A stretch of 14,831 nucleotides of DNA, taken from the NCBI GenBank assembly GCA_963816185.1, contig CAWFJJ010000026.1, forward strand, positions 1 to 14,831. Direction: 5' to 3'. This DNA is from Thermoanaerobaculia bacterium (GTDB taxonomy: Bacteria > Acidobacteriota > Thermoanaerobaculia > UBA5066). Shown in pieces: positions 7,234 to 14,831 of the stretch. The notes below the pieces were generated by a model. The model made no database searches. It had not been told where the DNA came from and saw nothing but the letters and a program-made list of their open reading frames with translations. Within the stretch, counting starts at the first letter, position 1. The number at the start of each line of letters is the position of its first letter. The position numbers and the translations under genes were made by a program.

Positions 7234-7782
7234 ATGCCACAAGGTCCCGCAGCCCGTCTCACCGATCCCGTCGTGCATCCGACGCCGCCAGTCCTCACGG
7301 GCGGCCCCCCTGCCCTGACGGTTCAAATTGCGAACATGCCGGCGTGGAAGGGAGTCCCCCTCGCGGCAGGTGCCGGGCTGGCGCCGGCGCAGGCTTCGGC
7401 CCAGGCGACGCTCCAGACCCTGGAAACCGCAGCGCTGATCGCGGAAGCTGCCGCAGTCGCTGCCGCCGGCACGCCCGGCGCCCCGGCCGCGATCGCCCTC
7501 GCGACGGCCGCTCGGGTCGCCGCCGAACTTGCGAAGTCGTCCACGGCGGCTTCGATGGGCGCCTCCATCACCGCGATGGCGGCCGCGGGTGGCGCGAGCG
7601 TCCACGCCTGCGCCATGCCGTGGCCCATCCCTCCGCACGGGCCGGGCGTCGTCGTCGACGGCTCGGCAACGGTCTCGATCGAGAACGCGCCCGCGTGCCG
7701 AATGGGGGACACAATCGTCGAGGCGATCGGCCCGCCCAACAAGATCGTCACGGGCTGCTTGACGGTCATCGTTGGCGGCTGA
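7234..7782 (+). CDS. PAAR domain protein with internal Ala-rich insertion
   Basis: AGGAG upstream; MPQGPAARLTDPVVH, VQIANMPAWK, VHAC...PPHGPG, VSIENAPACRMGD, GCLTVIVGG are PAAR motifs; about 80 Ala-rich residues lie between the second motif and VHAC. Confidence 0.9.
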   Translation: MPQGPAARLTDPVVHPTPPVLTGGPPALTVQIANMPAWKGVPLAAGAGLAPAQASAQATLQTLETAALIAEAAAVAAAGTPGAPAAIALATAARVAAELAKSSTAASMGASITAMAAAGGASVHACAMPWPIPPHGPGVVVDGSATVSIENAPACRMGDTIVEAIGPPNKIVTGCLTVIVGG

Positions 7783-7814
7783 ATGTCGCGGAGACACGCG
7801 AGGGCTATTTTGCC

Positions 7815-7866
7815 GCCTCCTCCGAAAGAGAAGGAGGTTCTTGACTCCCGTTTCGGGAGGTGCTGA
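7815..7866 (+). promoter_or_regulatory. Tandem hairpins overlapping the vgrG ribosome-binding site
   Basis: CCTCCT (7816-7821) is complementary to AGGAGG (7832-7837); CTCCCG (7845-7850) is complementary to CGGGAG (7854-7859), which overlaps the GGAGG SD (7856-7860). Function untested. Confidence 0.35.
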
Positions 7867-9336
7867 ATGCCCTACACGCAAGCCGGCCGCCGACTCCAGG
7901 TCACGACGCCGTTGGGTGGCGACGTTTTGCTCCTGAACGGGTTTTCGGGACACGAGGCGATCTCCCGACCCTTCCTTTTTCAGCTCGAGTGCGTCGCCGA
8001 GAATGAGAACGCGAAGAAAGTCCTCTTCGACTCTCTCCTAGGCCAGAAGATCACGGTCAGAATCTCCCTGCCGGGAGACAAAGAGCGCTTCCTCAACGGA
8101 ATCTGCGCCAGGGTCGCGCAGGGGGCGCGTGACGCAACGTTCACGCGACATCTGCTCGACCTGGTGCCGGAGTTTCTTCTGCTGTCCCAAAAAACGCAGA
8201 GCCGCATCTTTCAGCACATTTCAGTTCCCGACATCCTGAAGAAGGTCCTTACCGGCCTCGACGTCACCTGGGAGATCCAGGGATCATTTCAGCCACGTGA
8301 CTACTGCGTCCAGTACCGCGAGTCCGACTTCGCGTTCGCGAGCCGCCTGATGGAAGAAGAGGGAATCTATTACTTCTTCAAGCACAGCAAGGGCAGCCAC
8401 ACGATGGTCGTCGCGAATACGCCGGGCAGCCATTCGGACATCTCTCCGGGCCCGAGCAATCTGATCTTCGAGACCGTCGGGGGGGGAACCCGTGAAGAGG
8501 ACCGAGTCAATGCCTGGGAGAAGGCGCAGGAGCTGCGCTCGAGCAAAGTGATCCTCTGGGATCACTGCTTCGAGCTGCCTCACAAGCCGCTGGAAGGCCA
8601 ATCTTCGATCCAGGGCGCGGTCGCCGCGGGGAAGTCGAGCCACAAGCTGAAGCTCGGGGCGAACGCGAAACTCGAGCTGTACGACTTCCCCGGCGCATTT
8701 GCCCAGCGCTTCGACGGAATCCAGCCCGGCGGCGGAGATCGTCCGGCGGACATCCAGAAAATCTTCCAGGACAATGCGCGGACCGCCGAGCTTCGCATGC
8801 AGGAGCGGGCGGCTGCCAGCGTCCTCGTGCATGCCGCGAGCAACTGCCGCCAGATCGTGTCGGGTTTCAAGTTCACACTCGAGCGCCATTTCGACGGGGA
8901 CGGCCCGTGGGTGGTCTACCAGGTCGGGCACACCTGCTCGGAAGCCGCCGACGTGCGCTCCGGCGGAGGCGAGTTCAGCTACCAGAACCACTTCACCTGT
9001 TTCCCGGTCGCCTTGCCCTTCCGCCCGCCGCGCTCGACGCCCATCCCTACCGTGAGGGGGACTCAGACAGCGGTCGTCGTCGGGCCCGCTGGCGAGGAGA
9101 TCTTCACGGACAAGTACTCGCGCATCAAGGTGCAGTTCCATTGGGACCGGGACGGCAAGAAGAACAGTGACAGCTCTTGCTGGGTCCGGGTCGCGACATC
9201 GTGGGCCGGCACGCAATGGGGAGCGATCCACATTCCCCGCATCGGGCAGGAGGTCGTCGTCGACTTCCTCGAGGGCGACATGGACCAGCCGATCGTCATC
9301 GGCAGCGTCTACAACGCCGAGTGCATGCCGCCGTAC
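7847..9336 (+). repeat. Paralogous vgrG 5' region, copy 2
   Basis: As for copy 1; similarity falls sharply after CMPPY. Confidence 0.85.
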
Positions 9337-10035
9337 AGTCTGCCGGCGAACAAGACGCAGAGCGGCATCAAAAGCCGCAGCAGCCTCGGTGGCACCCCCC
9401 CCAACTACAACGAGATCCGGTTCGAGGACAAGAAGGGGCGCGAGCAGCTCCTCATCCACGCCGAGAAGAACCAGGACATCGAGGTCGAGAACGACGAGAC
9501 ACACTGGGTGGGGCACGACCGGTCCAAGACGGTCGACCATGACGAGACGACGCACGTCAAGCACGACCGCACGGAGACGGTCGACAACAACGAGACGATC
9601 ACGATCCACGCCAACCGAACGGAGACAGTGGACAAGAACGAGACCATCTCGATCAACGAGAACCGGACCGAAACCGTCATGAAGGACGAATCGATCTCGG
9701 TCGGGGGCGGCCGCTCGACGGCCGTCGGGAAGGACGAGTCGGTGTCCGTCGGGGGCAGCGTTTCCACGGCGATCGGGAAGGACGAGTCGATCTCGATCAG
9801 CGGCCGTTCGGCTGTCGACGTCGGCAAGGACCAGGAGATCCAGGTCGGCAAGAAGTTCAGCCTCGTCGCGGGAGACCAGATCCAGCTCGAGACAGGCAAC
9901 GCGAGCATCACCATGAAGAAGGATGGGACGATCACGATCAAGGGGAAGGACATCAAGATCTCGGGAAGCGGGAAGATCACCATCAAGGCCGACTCGGACG
10001 TCGTCATGAAGGGCTCGAAGATCTCGCAGAACTGA
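7867..10035 (+). CDS. vgrG: Canonical VgrG/TssI spike protein (722 aa)
   Basis: GGAGG SD, ATG start; all VgrG motifs, NYNEIRFEDKKGREQLLIHAEKNQD, gp5-type 8-residue beta-helix repeats, and the terminus GNASITMKKDGTITIKG...MKGSKISQN; no effector extension. Confidence 0.97.
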   Translation: MPYTQAGRRLQVTTPLGGDVLLLNGFSGHEAISRPFLFQLECVAENENAKKVLFDSLLGQKITVRISLPGDKERFLNGICARVAQGARDATFTRHLLDLVPEFLLLSQKTQSRIFQHISVPDILKKVLTGLDVTWEIQGSFQPRDYCVQYRESDFAFASRLMEEEGIYYFFKHSKGSHTMVVANTPGSHSDISPGPSNLIFETVGGGTREEDRVNAWEKAQELRSSKVILWDHCFELPHKPLEGQSSIQGAVAAGKSSHKLKLGANAKLELYDFPGAFAQRFDGIQPGGGDRPADIQKIFQDNARTAELRMQERAAASVLVHAASNCRQIVSGFKFTLERHFDGDGPWVVYQVGHTCSEAADVRSGGGEFSYQNHFTCFPVALPFRPPRSTPIPTVRGTQTAVVVGPAGEEIFTDKYSRIKVQFHWDRDGKKNSDSSCWVRVATSWAGTQWGAIHIPRIGQEVVVDFLEGDMDQPIVIGSVYNAECMPPYSLPANKTQSGIKSRSSLGGTPPNYNEIRFEDKKGREQLLIHAEKNQDIEVENDETHWVGHDRSKTVDHDETTHVKHDRTETVDNNETITIHANRTETVDKNETISINENRTETVMKDESISVGGGRSTAVGKDESVSVGGSVSTAIGKDESISISGRSAVDVGKDQEIQVGKKFSLVAGDQIQLETGNASITMKKDGTITIKGKDIKISGSGKITIKADSDVVMKGSKISQN
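9682..9849 (+). repeat. Coding tandem repeat, 48-nt period (gp5 C-terminal beta-helix repeats)
   Basis: AAGGAC recurs at 9682, 9730, 9778 and 9826, encoding KDESISVG/KDESVSVG/KDESISIS/KDQEIQVG. Confidence 0.8.
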
Positions 10036-10048
10036 CGCGAGTACACGG

Positions 10049-11062
10049 ATGCTGCAGCTTCGAAACCAGACGCGATTCGCCGCGATGCTCTTCTCCTCGC
10101 CGGCTCCCGACGGCGTCGAGATGCTGTTCGCGGTCGTCAAGGCCACCTTCACCCTCGGCGCGCGCGTCGAGGAAGCCGAGAAGCAGACGCCAGTCGTCAT
10201 GGCCGACCGCTTTCTCGGCGACCCTCTGAAGACGAGCATCGCCGAGCCCGGCGACGTCTCGCTCGCCAAACCCGGCACCGACGTCCTCCTCTTCGGCCAC
10301 GCCTACGGTCCGGGGGGGCGGCCGACACGGCAGTCGGAGGTCTCCCTCCGTCTCGCCTCGATCGACAAGCGCGTGGCCGTTCTTGGAGACCGACGGTGGG
10401 GCGGCACCATACTGACGCGCATCTCTGCGCCCGAGCCTTTCGAGAAGATGCCTCTCGTCTGGGAGCGGGCGTTCGGGGGGACGGAACCTGTCGGGGGCGA
10501 CCCGCCCCGCTTCGACGGGGAAGGCCGGAACCCGGTCGGGGCGGGCTTCCGCTCACGCATCAGCGGGCGAAGACTCGAGGACGTCGTGCTGCCGAACCTC
10601 GAGGATCCGGCACGGCTCATCTCCTCGCCCGGCGACCGGCCGGCGCCGGCCGGCTTCGGCGCCGTCGCGCCGCACTGGAAGCCGCGCCCGGAGTATGCCG
10701 GGACCTACGACGAGGCCTGGCAGCGAAGTCGGGCGCCGTACCTTCCGAAGGACTTCGACCCGCGATTCCTGCAGGTCGCGCCCGAGGACCAGCAGCTGCC
10801 CGGCTATTTGAGGGGCGGAGAGCCGGTCGAGATCGCCGGCGCGACTCCCTCGGGAGTCCTGCGTTTCACCCTCCCGGCCCGGCGCGTAGACGTTCTCTTT
10901 CGCCTGGATTCCGGCGAGGAGAGGAGGCCCGCGAACCTCGATACGGTGATCCTCCGGCCCGACGAGTCCCGTCTCGTTCTCGTTTGGCGCGCCGCCCTGC
11001 CCTGCGACAAACGGCTCCTGAAGGTCCGTGAAGTGGAGCCGATCGTTGCGAGGGCAGCGTAG
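10049..11062 (+). CDS. DUF2169 family T6SS adaptor/chaperone
   Basis: VVKATF, KPGTDVLLFGHAYGPGG, KRVAVLGDRRW, PEPFEKMPLVWERAFGG, NPVGAGF, LPNLEDP, PAGFG...W.PR..YAGTYDEAW, LPKDFDPRF.Q.AP.DQ, LDTVIL...LVWR: full DUF2169 signature directly after vgrG. Confidence 0.95.
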   Translation: MLQLRNQTRFAAMLFSSPAPDGVEMLFAVVKATFTLGARVEEAEKQTPVVMADRFLGDPLKTSIAEPGDVSLAKPGTDVLLFGHAYGPGGRPTRQSEVSLRLASIDKRVAVLGDRRWGGTILTRISAPEPFEKMPLVWERAFGGTEPVGGDPPRFDGEGRNPVGAGFRSRISGRRLEDVVLPNLEDPARLISSPGDRPAPAGFGAVAPHWKPRPEYAGTYDEAWQRSRAPYLPKDFDPRFLQVAPEDQQLPGYLRGGEPVEIAGATPSGVLRFTLPARRVDVLFRLDSGEERRPANLDTVILRPDESRLVLVWRAALPCDKRLLKVREVEPIVARAA

Positions 11063-11070
11063 GGAAGCGG

Positions 11071-12132
11071 ATGGCCGCGCCCGATGTCGTCGTCGTCCGC
11101 GTCGGAATGGTCACGGCGGTCGGTCTGTCGGCCGCCGAGACGGCCGCCTCGGTGCGATCCGCGACAATGCGCTTCGGCCAGATCGATTGCCTGGACCGTC
11201 GTTTCGAGCCCTTCACCGTTGCGGCCGTCTCCGACGCCGGGCTCCCCGAGTTGTCGCCCGAAGTCGCGAACACGCCCGGCCTGAGCGTTCGTGACGGCCG
11301 CTTGCTCCGGCTTGGCGCGAGGGCCCTGGGTGAATGCGCCGGGATTCACGGCCGCGGATCCGGGAAGCCCCCTCTGGTTCTCGCCCTCCCCGAGTCCGAG
11401 CGCGAGCCTCGCCTCGACGCCGCCCGGTTTCTCGGGCTTCTGGCAGCACAGACGAGAGACGCCTACGACGCTGCAGCGAGTACGACTCTCGCGGCGGGAC
11501 GCGCCGGCGGACTGGTCGCGCTCGGCCACGCCGCATCGCTCGTCCGGTCGGGCCGCTCTAGCTTCGCACTCGCCGGCGGCGTCGACTCGTATGTCGATCC
11601 TGCGACTCTCGGGGTTCTCGACGCTGGGAGACGGGTAAAGTCGGAGAGCAACCTCGACGGCTTCATCCCGGGAGAAGGGGCTGCGTTTCTCCTCCTCGCG
11701 AGTCCGCAGGCCGCGGCTGCCGCGCGTCTCCCCGCGCTCGCCGTCGTTTCCGAGGTCGCGGAGGGCTTCGAGGAAGGCCACCTCGGAAGCAAGAAAGCCT
11801 ACCTCGGCGAAGGGCTGGCGGCGACGATTCAGGCGCTGATTCAGGCGGCGCCGCCGCCGAAGCCTTTCGTGTCGGTGTGGTCCTCTATGAATGGCGAGAG
11901 CCACTGGGGAAGGGAATGGGGCGTGGCTGTCCTGCGCGCGCGCGACGCCTTCGCGGAACCGCACGCCATGAACCACCCGGCAGACTGCTTTGGCGACGCC
12001 GGAGCCGCCTCGGGCGCGCTCCTCGCAGGGCTCGCGAGCCTCGACGCGGCCGGGGGCCCGGCCCTCGTGTACGCCTCGTCCGATCTCGGACCGCGGGCGT
12101 CGCTGTCGATTCTTTCGGTGGGAGGGGACTGA
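11071..12132 (+). CDS. Thiolase-fold (beta-ketoacyl synthase-like, PRK06147-type) T6SS accessory protein
   Basis: GMVTAVGLSAAETAASVRS, LAGGVDSY, DGFIPGEGAAFLLL, MNGESHWGREW, HPADCFGDAGAASG; sits between DUF2169 and DUF4150 genes as is typical. Confidence 0.9.
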   Translation: MAAPDVVVVRVGMVTAVGLSAAETAASVRSATMRFGQIDCLDRRFEPFTVAAVSDAGLPELSPEVANTPGLSVRDGRLLRLGARALGECAGIHGRGSGKPPLVLALPESEREPRLDAARFLGLLAAQTRDAYDAAASTTLAAGRAGGLVALGHAASLVRSGRSSFALAGGVDSYVDPATLGVLDAGRRVKSESNLDGFIPGEGAAFLLLASPQAAAAARLPALAVVSEVAEGFEEGHLGSKKAYLGEGLAATIQALIQAAPPPKPFVSVWSSMNGESHWGREWGVAVLRARDAFAEPHAMNHPADCFGDAGAASGALLAGLASLDAAGGPALVYASSDLGPRASLSILSVGGD

Positions 12133-12134
12133 AA

Positions 12135-12521
12135 ATGGGCCAGGCCACTTTCGCGAACTTCCGCGGCATCGTCCACAAGGGAAGCAACGGCATTTCGACC
12201 GTGTTCCCAGACGTCTGCAAGACGCCGGCGCCACCTTCCCCGAGCCCGGTCCCGATCCCCTACCCGAACATCGGAATGTCTTCGGACACGTCCCAGGGTC
12301 CGAATACGGTGACGACCGACGGCCAGATGCCGATGGTCAAGGGAGCCCAGTACTCGCGGTCCTCGGGAGACGAGGCGGGCGTCGCCGGAGGGATCCTCTC
12401 GAGCGTCAACATGAGCTTCTGCGAGTTCATGCTGTATTCCTTCGACGTGAAGTTCGAAGGGAACAACGTCTGCCGCATGGGCGATCAGCTCTTCCACAAC
12501 AAGAAGAACATCATGGGGTAA
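12135..12521 (+). CDS. DUF4150 PAAR-like spike-tip protein, stand-alone (128 aa)
   Basis: GGAGG at 12121-12125, ATG 12135. FPDVCKTP...PVPIPYPNI, S.GDEAG..GGI.S, YSFDVKFEG.NVCRMGD...HN. It is the C-terminal part of the 11877..12521 ORF in the track. Confidence 0.95.
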   Translation: MGQATFANFRGIVHKGSNGISTVFPDVCKTPAPPSPSPVPIPYPNIGMSSDTSQGPNTVTTDGQMPMVKGAQYSRSSGDEAGVAGGILSSVNMSFCEFMLYSFDVKFEGNNVCRMGDQLFHNKKNIMG

Positions 12522-12534
12522 CACGGAGCGGCAA

Positions 12535-13686
12535 ATGACCGACATGGGCGAGGGCATCACCGGTTCGGTGGAGCTCGACGAGGACGTCCCCGTCCTCCGC
12601 GCCAAGGTGACCGAGGTGAAGTTCCTGAGCAAAGTGAAGGTTGCCTTGGTGAAGGCCACGGTTCCGGTTCCCCACTGGGCCGAAGGCGCCAACGTCGAGG
12701 ACGGGAGGTACTCGAAACGGCCCGCCGTGATCGTCGTTCGGGGCTCGAAGGCCGCCGGCAGTCTGAATGTTCAGATGGTCGAGGTGAAAGTCCAGATCCT
12801 CGAGTGCAAGAACATCTCGGGTCAAGGCAAGCTCCTAGGTGTCCTGCGGGGCCTGACGATCGAGGGCGAGTGCCCGCTCGGCGTGGGAACGCACACGGTG
12901 CAGGCCCGGATCCAGGAGCTCCCCGAGGGAATTCAGTGGTACTGGGGAAACATGGTCTGGGTCCTCGAGGTCCCGTCGGCCAATCACGACTGGGCGCTGA
13001 ACATCACGCGACTCGAGGTGTTCTCGGTCCTCGACACTCCGATCCCGGTCTTCCAGGACGACGTGGGCGTCTGGGTCGAGGCGTTGCGCTTTCTCTGCCG
13101 GTTTGCCGGTGTGGTCAATGTAACCGACCAGCGGGACGCGGCTGCCCGCGTCACCAGGTACGCCCACGGCCCACATGGTCTCTTCTACGACAGCGCGGGA
13201 GGGGGCAGGTCTCTCTACGGCGTCGGCCAGCGGGGCGGGACCTTTAGGCTGGCGTCCTATCTCGCCCGGGTGAGCAACTACGCGAATTGCTACGACCAGG
13301 CCGCGGCGATCCAGACGCTTTCCGGAGCCCTCGGCGTGAAGCTCCGGTGGATCTTCCTCGAGCCCTTCGGAGCCATCAATTCCACGAATCTCCTCGGGTA
13401 CGGTGGCTGCAACAACCCCTTCTTCAGGATGAACGGTACCCCTCAAGTGATCGACCGGGACGACCCGCAGAGAACCGCGTTTGGGAACCACGCGTTCGGC
13501 GCCTTCGATCCGAAGCTGCTCGACGCCTGCGCCGGGCCGCACACGGGAACGGAAGGTCATCAGGAATACGTGGATTCCAGCATCGACGACGCCTCGATTC
13601 TCTATGGCATCAGTAATTGGTTTCCGGATCGGCCCGGAGGCGCGATAGACATGCAGTGGTGTGGTGGAGTTGCGAGCGTCGAGTAG
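12535..13686 (+). CDS. Hypothetical protein, candidate effector with transglutaminase/papain-like Cys-His-Asp triad
   Basis: GGAG at 12525-12528, ATG 12535. ANCYDQAAAI (Cys 13288, at a predicted helix start), FGNHAF (His 13489), LLDAC (Asp 13522). Directly follows the DUF4150 tip gene. Confidence 0.7.
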   Translation: MTDMGEGITGSVELDEDVPVLRAKVTEVKFLSKVKVALVKATVPVPHWAEGANVEDGRYSKRPAVIVVRGSKAAGSLNVQMVEVKVQILECKNISGQGKLLGVLRGLTIEGECPLGVGTHTVQARIQELPEGIQWYWGNMVWVLEVPSANHDWALNITRLEVFSVLDTPIPVFQDDVGVWVEALRFLCRFAGVVNVTDQRDAAARVTRYAHGPHGLFYDSAGGGRSLYGVGQRGGTFRLASYLARVSNYANCYDQAAAIQTLSGALGVKLRWIFLEPFGAINSTNLLGYGGCNNPFFRMNGTPQVIDRDDPQRTAFGNHAFGAFDPKLLDACAGPHTGTEGHQEYVDSSIDDASILYGISNWFPDRPGGAIDMQWCGGVASVE

Positions 13687-14566
13687 CGTCTGGCTCGCCG
13701 CCGCGATCGGCCTCCTCGGAGGACCGAGTCCGGTCCCGACGCCCGAAAGGACGACGATGGCAGAACCGAAACGGGTGGAACGCTTCAAGCGGGAGATCGG
13801 ATTCGAGAACGTCGCGGCCCGCGATGAAGGCCGCGGGGACGTCGTCTTCGAGTGGCCAGACGTCGAATCCGGAGCCGGCCTCCGGAAAACCGCCGGCTGG
13901 CGCCGCGTCGAGGACTTTACGACGTCCGACGCTCCGGGCGAGGCCTATCGCGTCCGGACGCTGCAGAACGACCAGGGGACGTTCATGGTCGCGATCCACG
14001 TGTCGAGCTCCGGCGCGCGGCCGGCCCGCGAGCGTCTCGTGGAGCTGGCGGGCCGCACGATGACCGTCGACATACCGTATGTGAAGGGGCCTCCCGGCCT
14101 CGGCGATCTCGCGGTCGTCAACAGGAACCCCGAAGTACCAGACCTCATCTGGGTTTATGCGAACGTCTGCATCCAGGTCGACGCAGACGAAAGCCACGTC
14201 GACCCTCTCGCCTTCGCACGGGATCTCCAGGCCCAGATGGAAAGGCACCTCGGGCCGGCCGCGTCGCGACTCCCGCAGATCACCGGGCTCGCCGTCGAGC
14301 CGACCCGAGTCTCCGAAGGTCAGGAGATACGCGCGACCATCCAGTCGACGTCTCGGCACCTCGACTCGATCCTCTTCAAGGTCAAGGACGAGGAGAGGCT
14401 GCTGAGCAAGGTGGACGAGAAAGACAACGTCTTCCGATTCGTGGCGAAGGCGCCCGGGAGCGCCAGGCTCCGCGCCGTGGCCATCGACCGCAGAACTCTC
14501 CTCTCCTCGTCGAGCTCGGCTGACGTCGAAATCCTTCCCGCGCAGGAATCGAGGACCCAGAAATGA
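13661..14566 (+). CDS. Hypothetical protein, candidate immunity protein
   Basis: Long + strand ORF filling the space after the candidate effector. Start uncertain: GTG 13661 (adds hydrophobic VWLAAAIGLLGG) or ATG 13757 (after AAGGA 13747-13751). Role inferred from position. Confidence 0.65.
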   Translation: MVELRASSSVWLAAAIGLLGGPSPVPTPERTTMAEPKRVERFKREIGFENVAARDEGRGDVVFEWPDVESGAGLRKTAGWRRVEDFTTSDAPGEAYRVRTLQNDQGTFMVAIHVSSSGARPARERLVELAGRTMTVDIPYVKGPPGLGDLAVVNRNPEVPDLIWVYANVCIQVDADESHVDPLAFARDLQAQMERHLGPAASRLPQITGLAVEPTRVSEGQEIRATIQSTSRHLDSILFKVKDEERLLSKVDEKDNVFRFVAKAPGSARLRAVAIDRRTLLSSSSSADVEILPAQESRTQK

Positions 14567-14831
14567 ACAAGACACACACCGCGCTCCTCGCCTTCGAAAA
14601 GACTGCGCTCGGCAGGATCCTGGAGCGTCGTGCTCACGGCCAGCTTCTCGTCTCCCTCGAAGGCGAGACGGACGCCGTGATGATCTGCAGCCAGCTGCAG
14701 ACCGCCGAGGCGCCGGTCCGGCTGGCGGTCGGGGATCGGGTCCTCGTCTGCCTCCCCGAGGGCGCGGAAGCAAGGGCCGTCGTCCTCGGACGCGTCGGGC
14801 CCAGCGTCGACCCTGCGCCCCCGAGAGACGT
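14563..14831 (+). CDS. 3'-truncated protein, possibly DUF6484-like (gp5 OB-fold-like mini spike)
   Basis: Not in the ORF track (no stop in window). GAGGA at 14551-14555, ATG 14563 overlaps the upstream TGA. MNKTHTALLAFEKTALGRILERRAHGQLLVSLEG...LAVGDRVLVCLPEGAEARAVVLGRV resembles the G.EV.V.F..GD..RPVI.G motif of gp5 OB folds. Confidence 0.6.
   Translation, partial: MNKTHTALLAFEKTALGRILERRAHGQLLVSLEGETDAVMICSQLQTAEAPVRLAVGDRVLVCLPEGAEARAVVLGRVGPSVDPAPPRD

Noticed and set aside
3867-7867. vgrG2 and vgrG3 starts exactly 4000 nt apart
   Set aside because: Coincidence; the copies differ by many substitutions and indels, so this is not an assembly duplication.
9490-9850. Periodic repeats as a CRISPR array or non-coding repeat
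   Set aside because: Degenerate, in-frame, codon-multiple period encoding gp5 beta-helix repeats; no unique spacers.
8284-10278. 664-aa minus-strand ORF and the many other long antisense or alternate-frame ORFs
   Set aside because: They shadow well-supported + strand genes, have no recognisable motifs, and are expected in GC-rich DNA with few stop codons.
11071-12132. Fatty acid or polyketide biosynthesis gene
   Set aside because: Catalytic Cys motif absent, no ACP or other biosynthetic genes, and the context is the known DUF2169/DUF4150 arrangement.
11877-12134. N-terminal extension of the DUF4150 ORF as given in the track
   Set aside because: Overlaps the thiolase-like gene; GGAGG and ATG 12135 give a typical start.
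1-14831. Prophage tail region
   Set aside because: Fused gp27-gp5 VgrG architecture with DUF2169/DUF4150 adaptors and no capsid, terminase, tape measure or integrase genes.

Overview
GC-rich bacterial DNA holding one tightly packed, + strand cluster of contractile-injection (type VI secretion-type) spike genes. It is arranged as three tandem spike modules. (1) A 5'-truncated VgrG ending in three hydrophobic helices, then a detached VgrG-tip-like beta-strand protein, a DUF6931-like protein, a small PAAR and a C39-like cysteine peptidase with a Cys-rich region. (2) An evolved VgrG with a C-terminal HExxH (M91-like) metallopeptidase, a candidate immunity gene and a PAAR with an 80-residue Ala-rich insertion. 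(3) A canonical VgrG, DUF2169 adaptor, thiolase-fold adaptor, stand-alone DUF4150 PAAR-like tip, a candidate Cys-His-Asp effector with a candidate immunity gene, and a 3'-truncated DUF6484-like gene. No sheath, tube, baseplate or membrane-complex genes, RNA genes, mobile elements or CRISPR arrays are visible. Family calls come from motif recognition by eye, not database searches.
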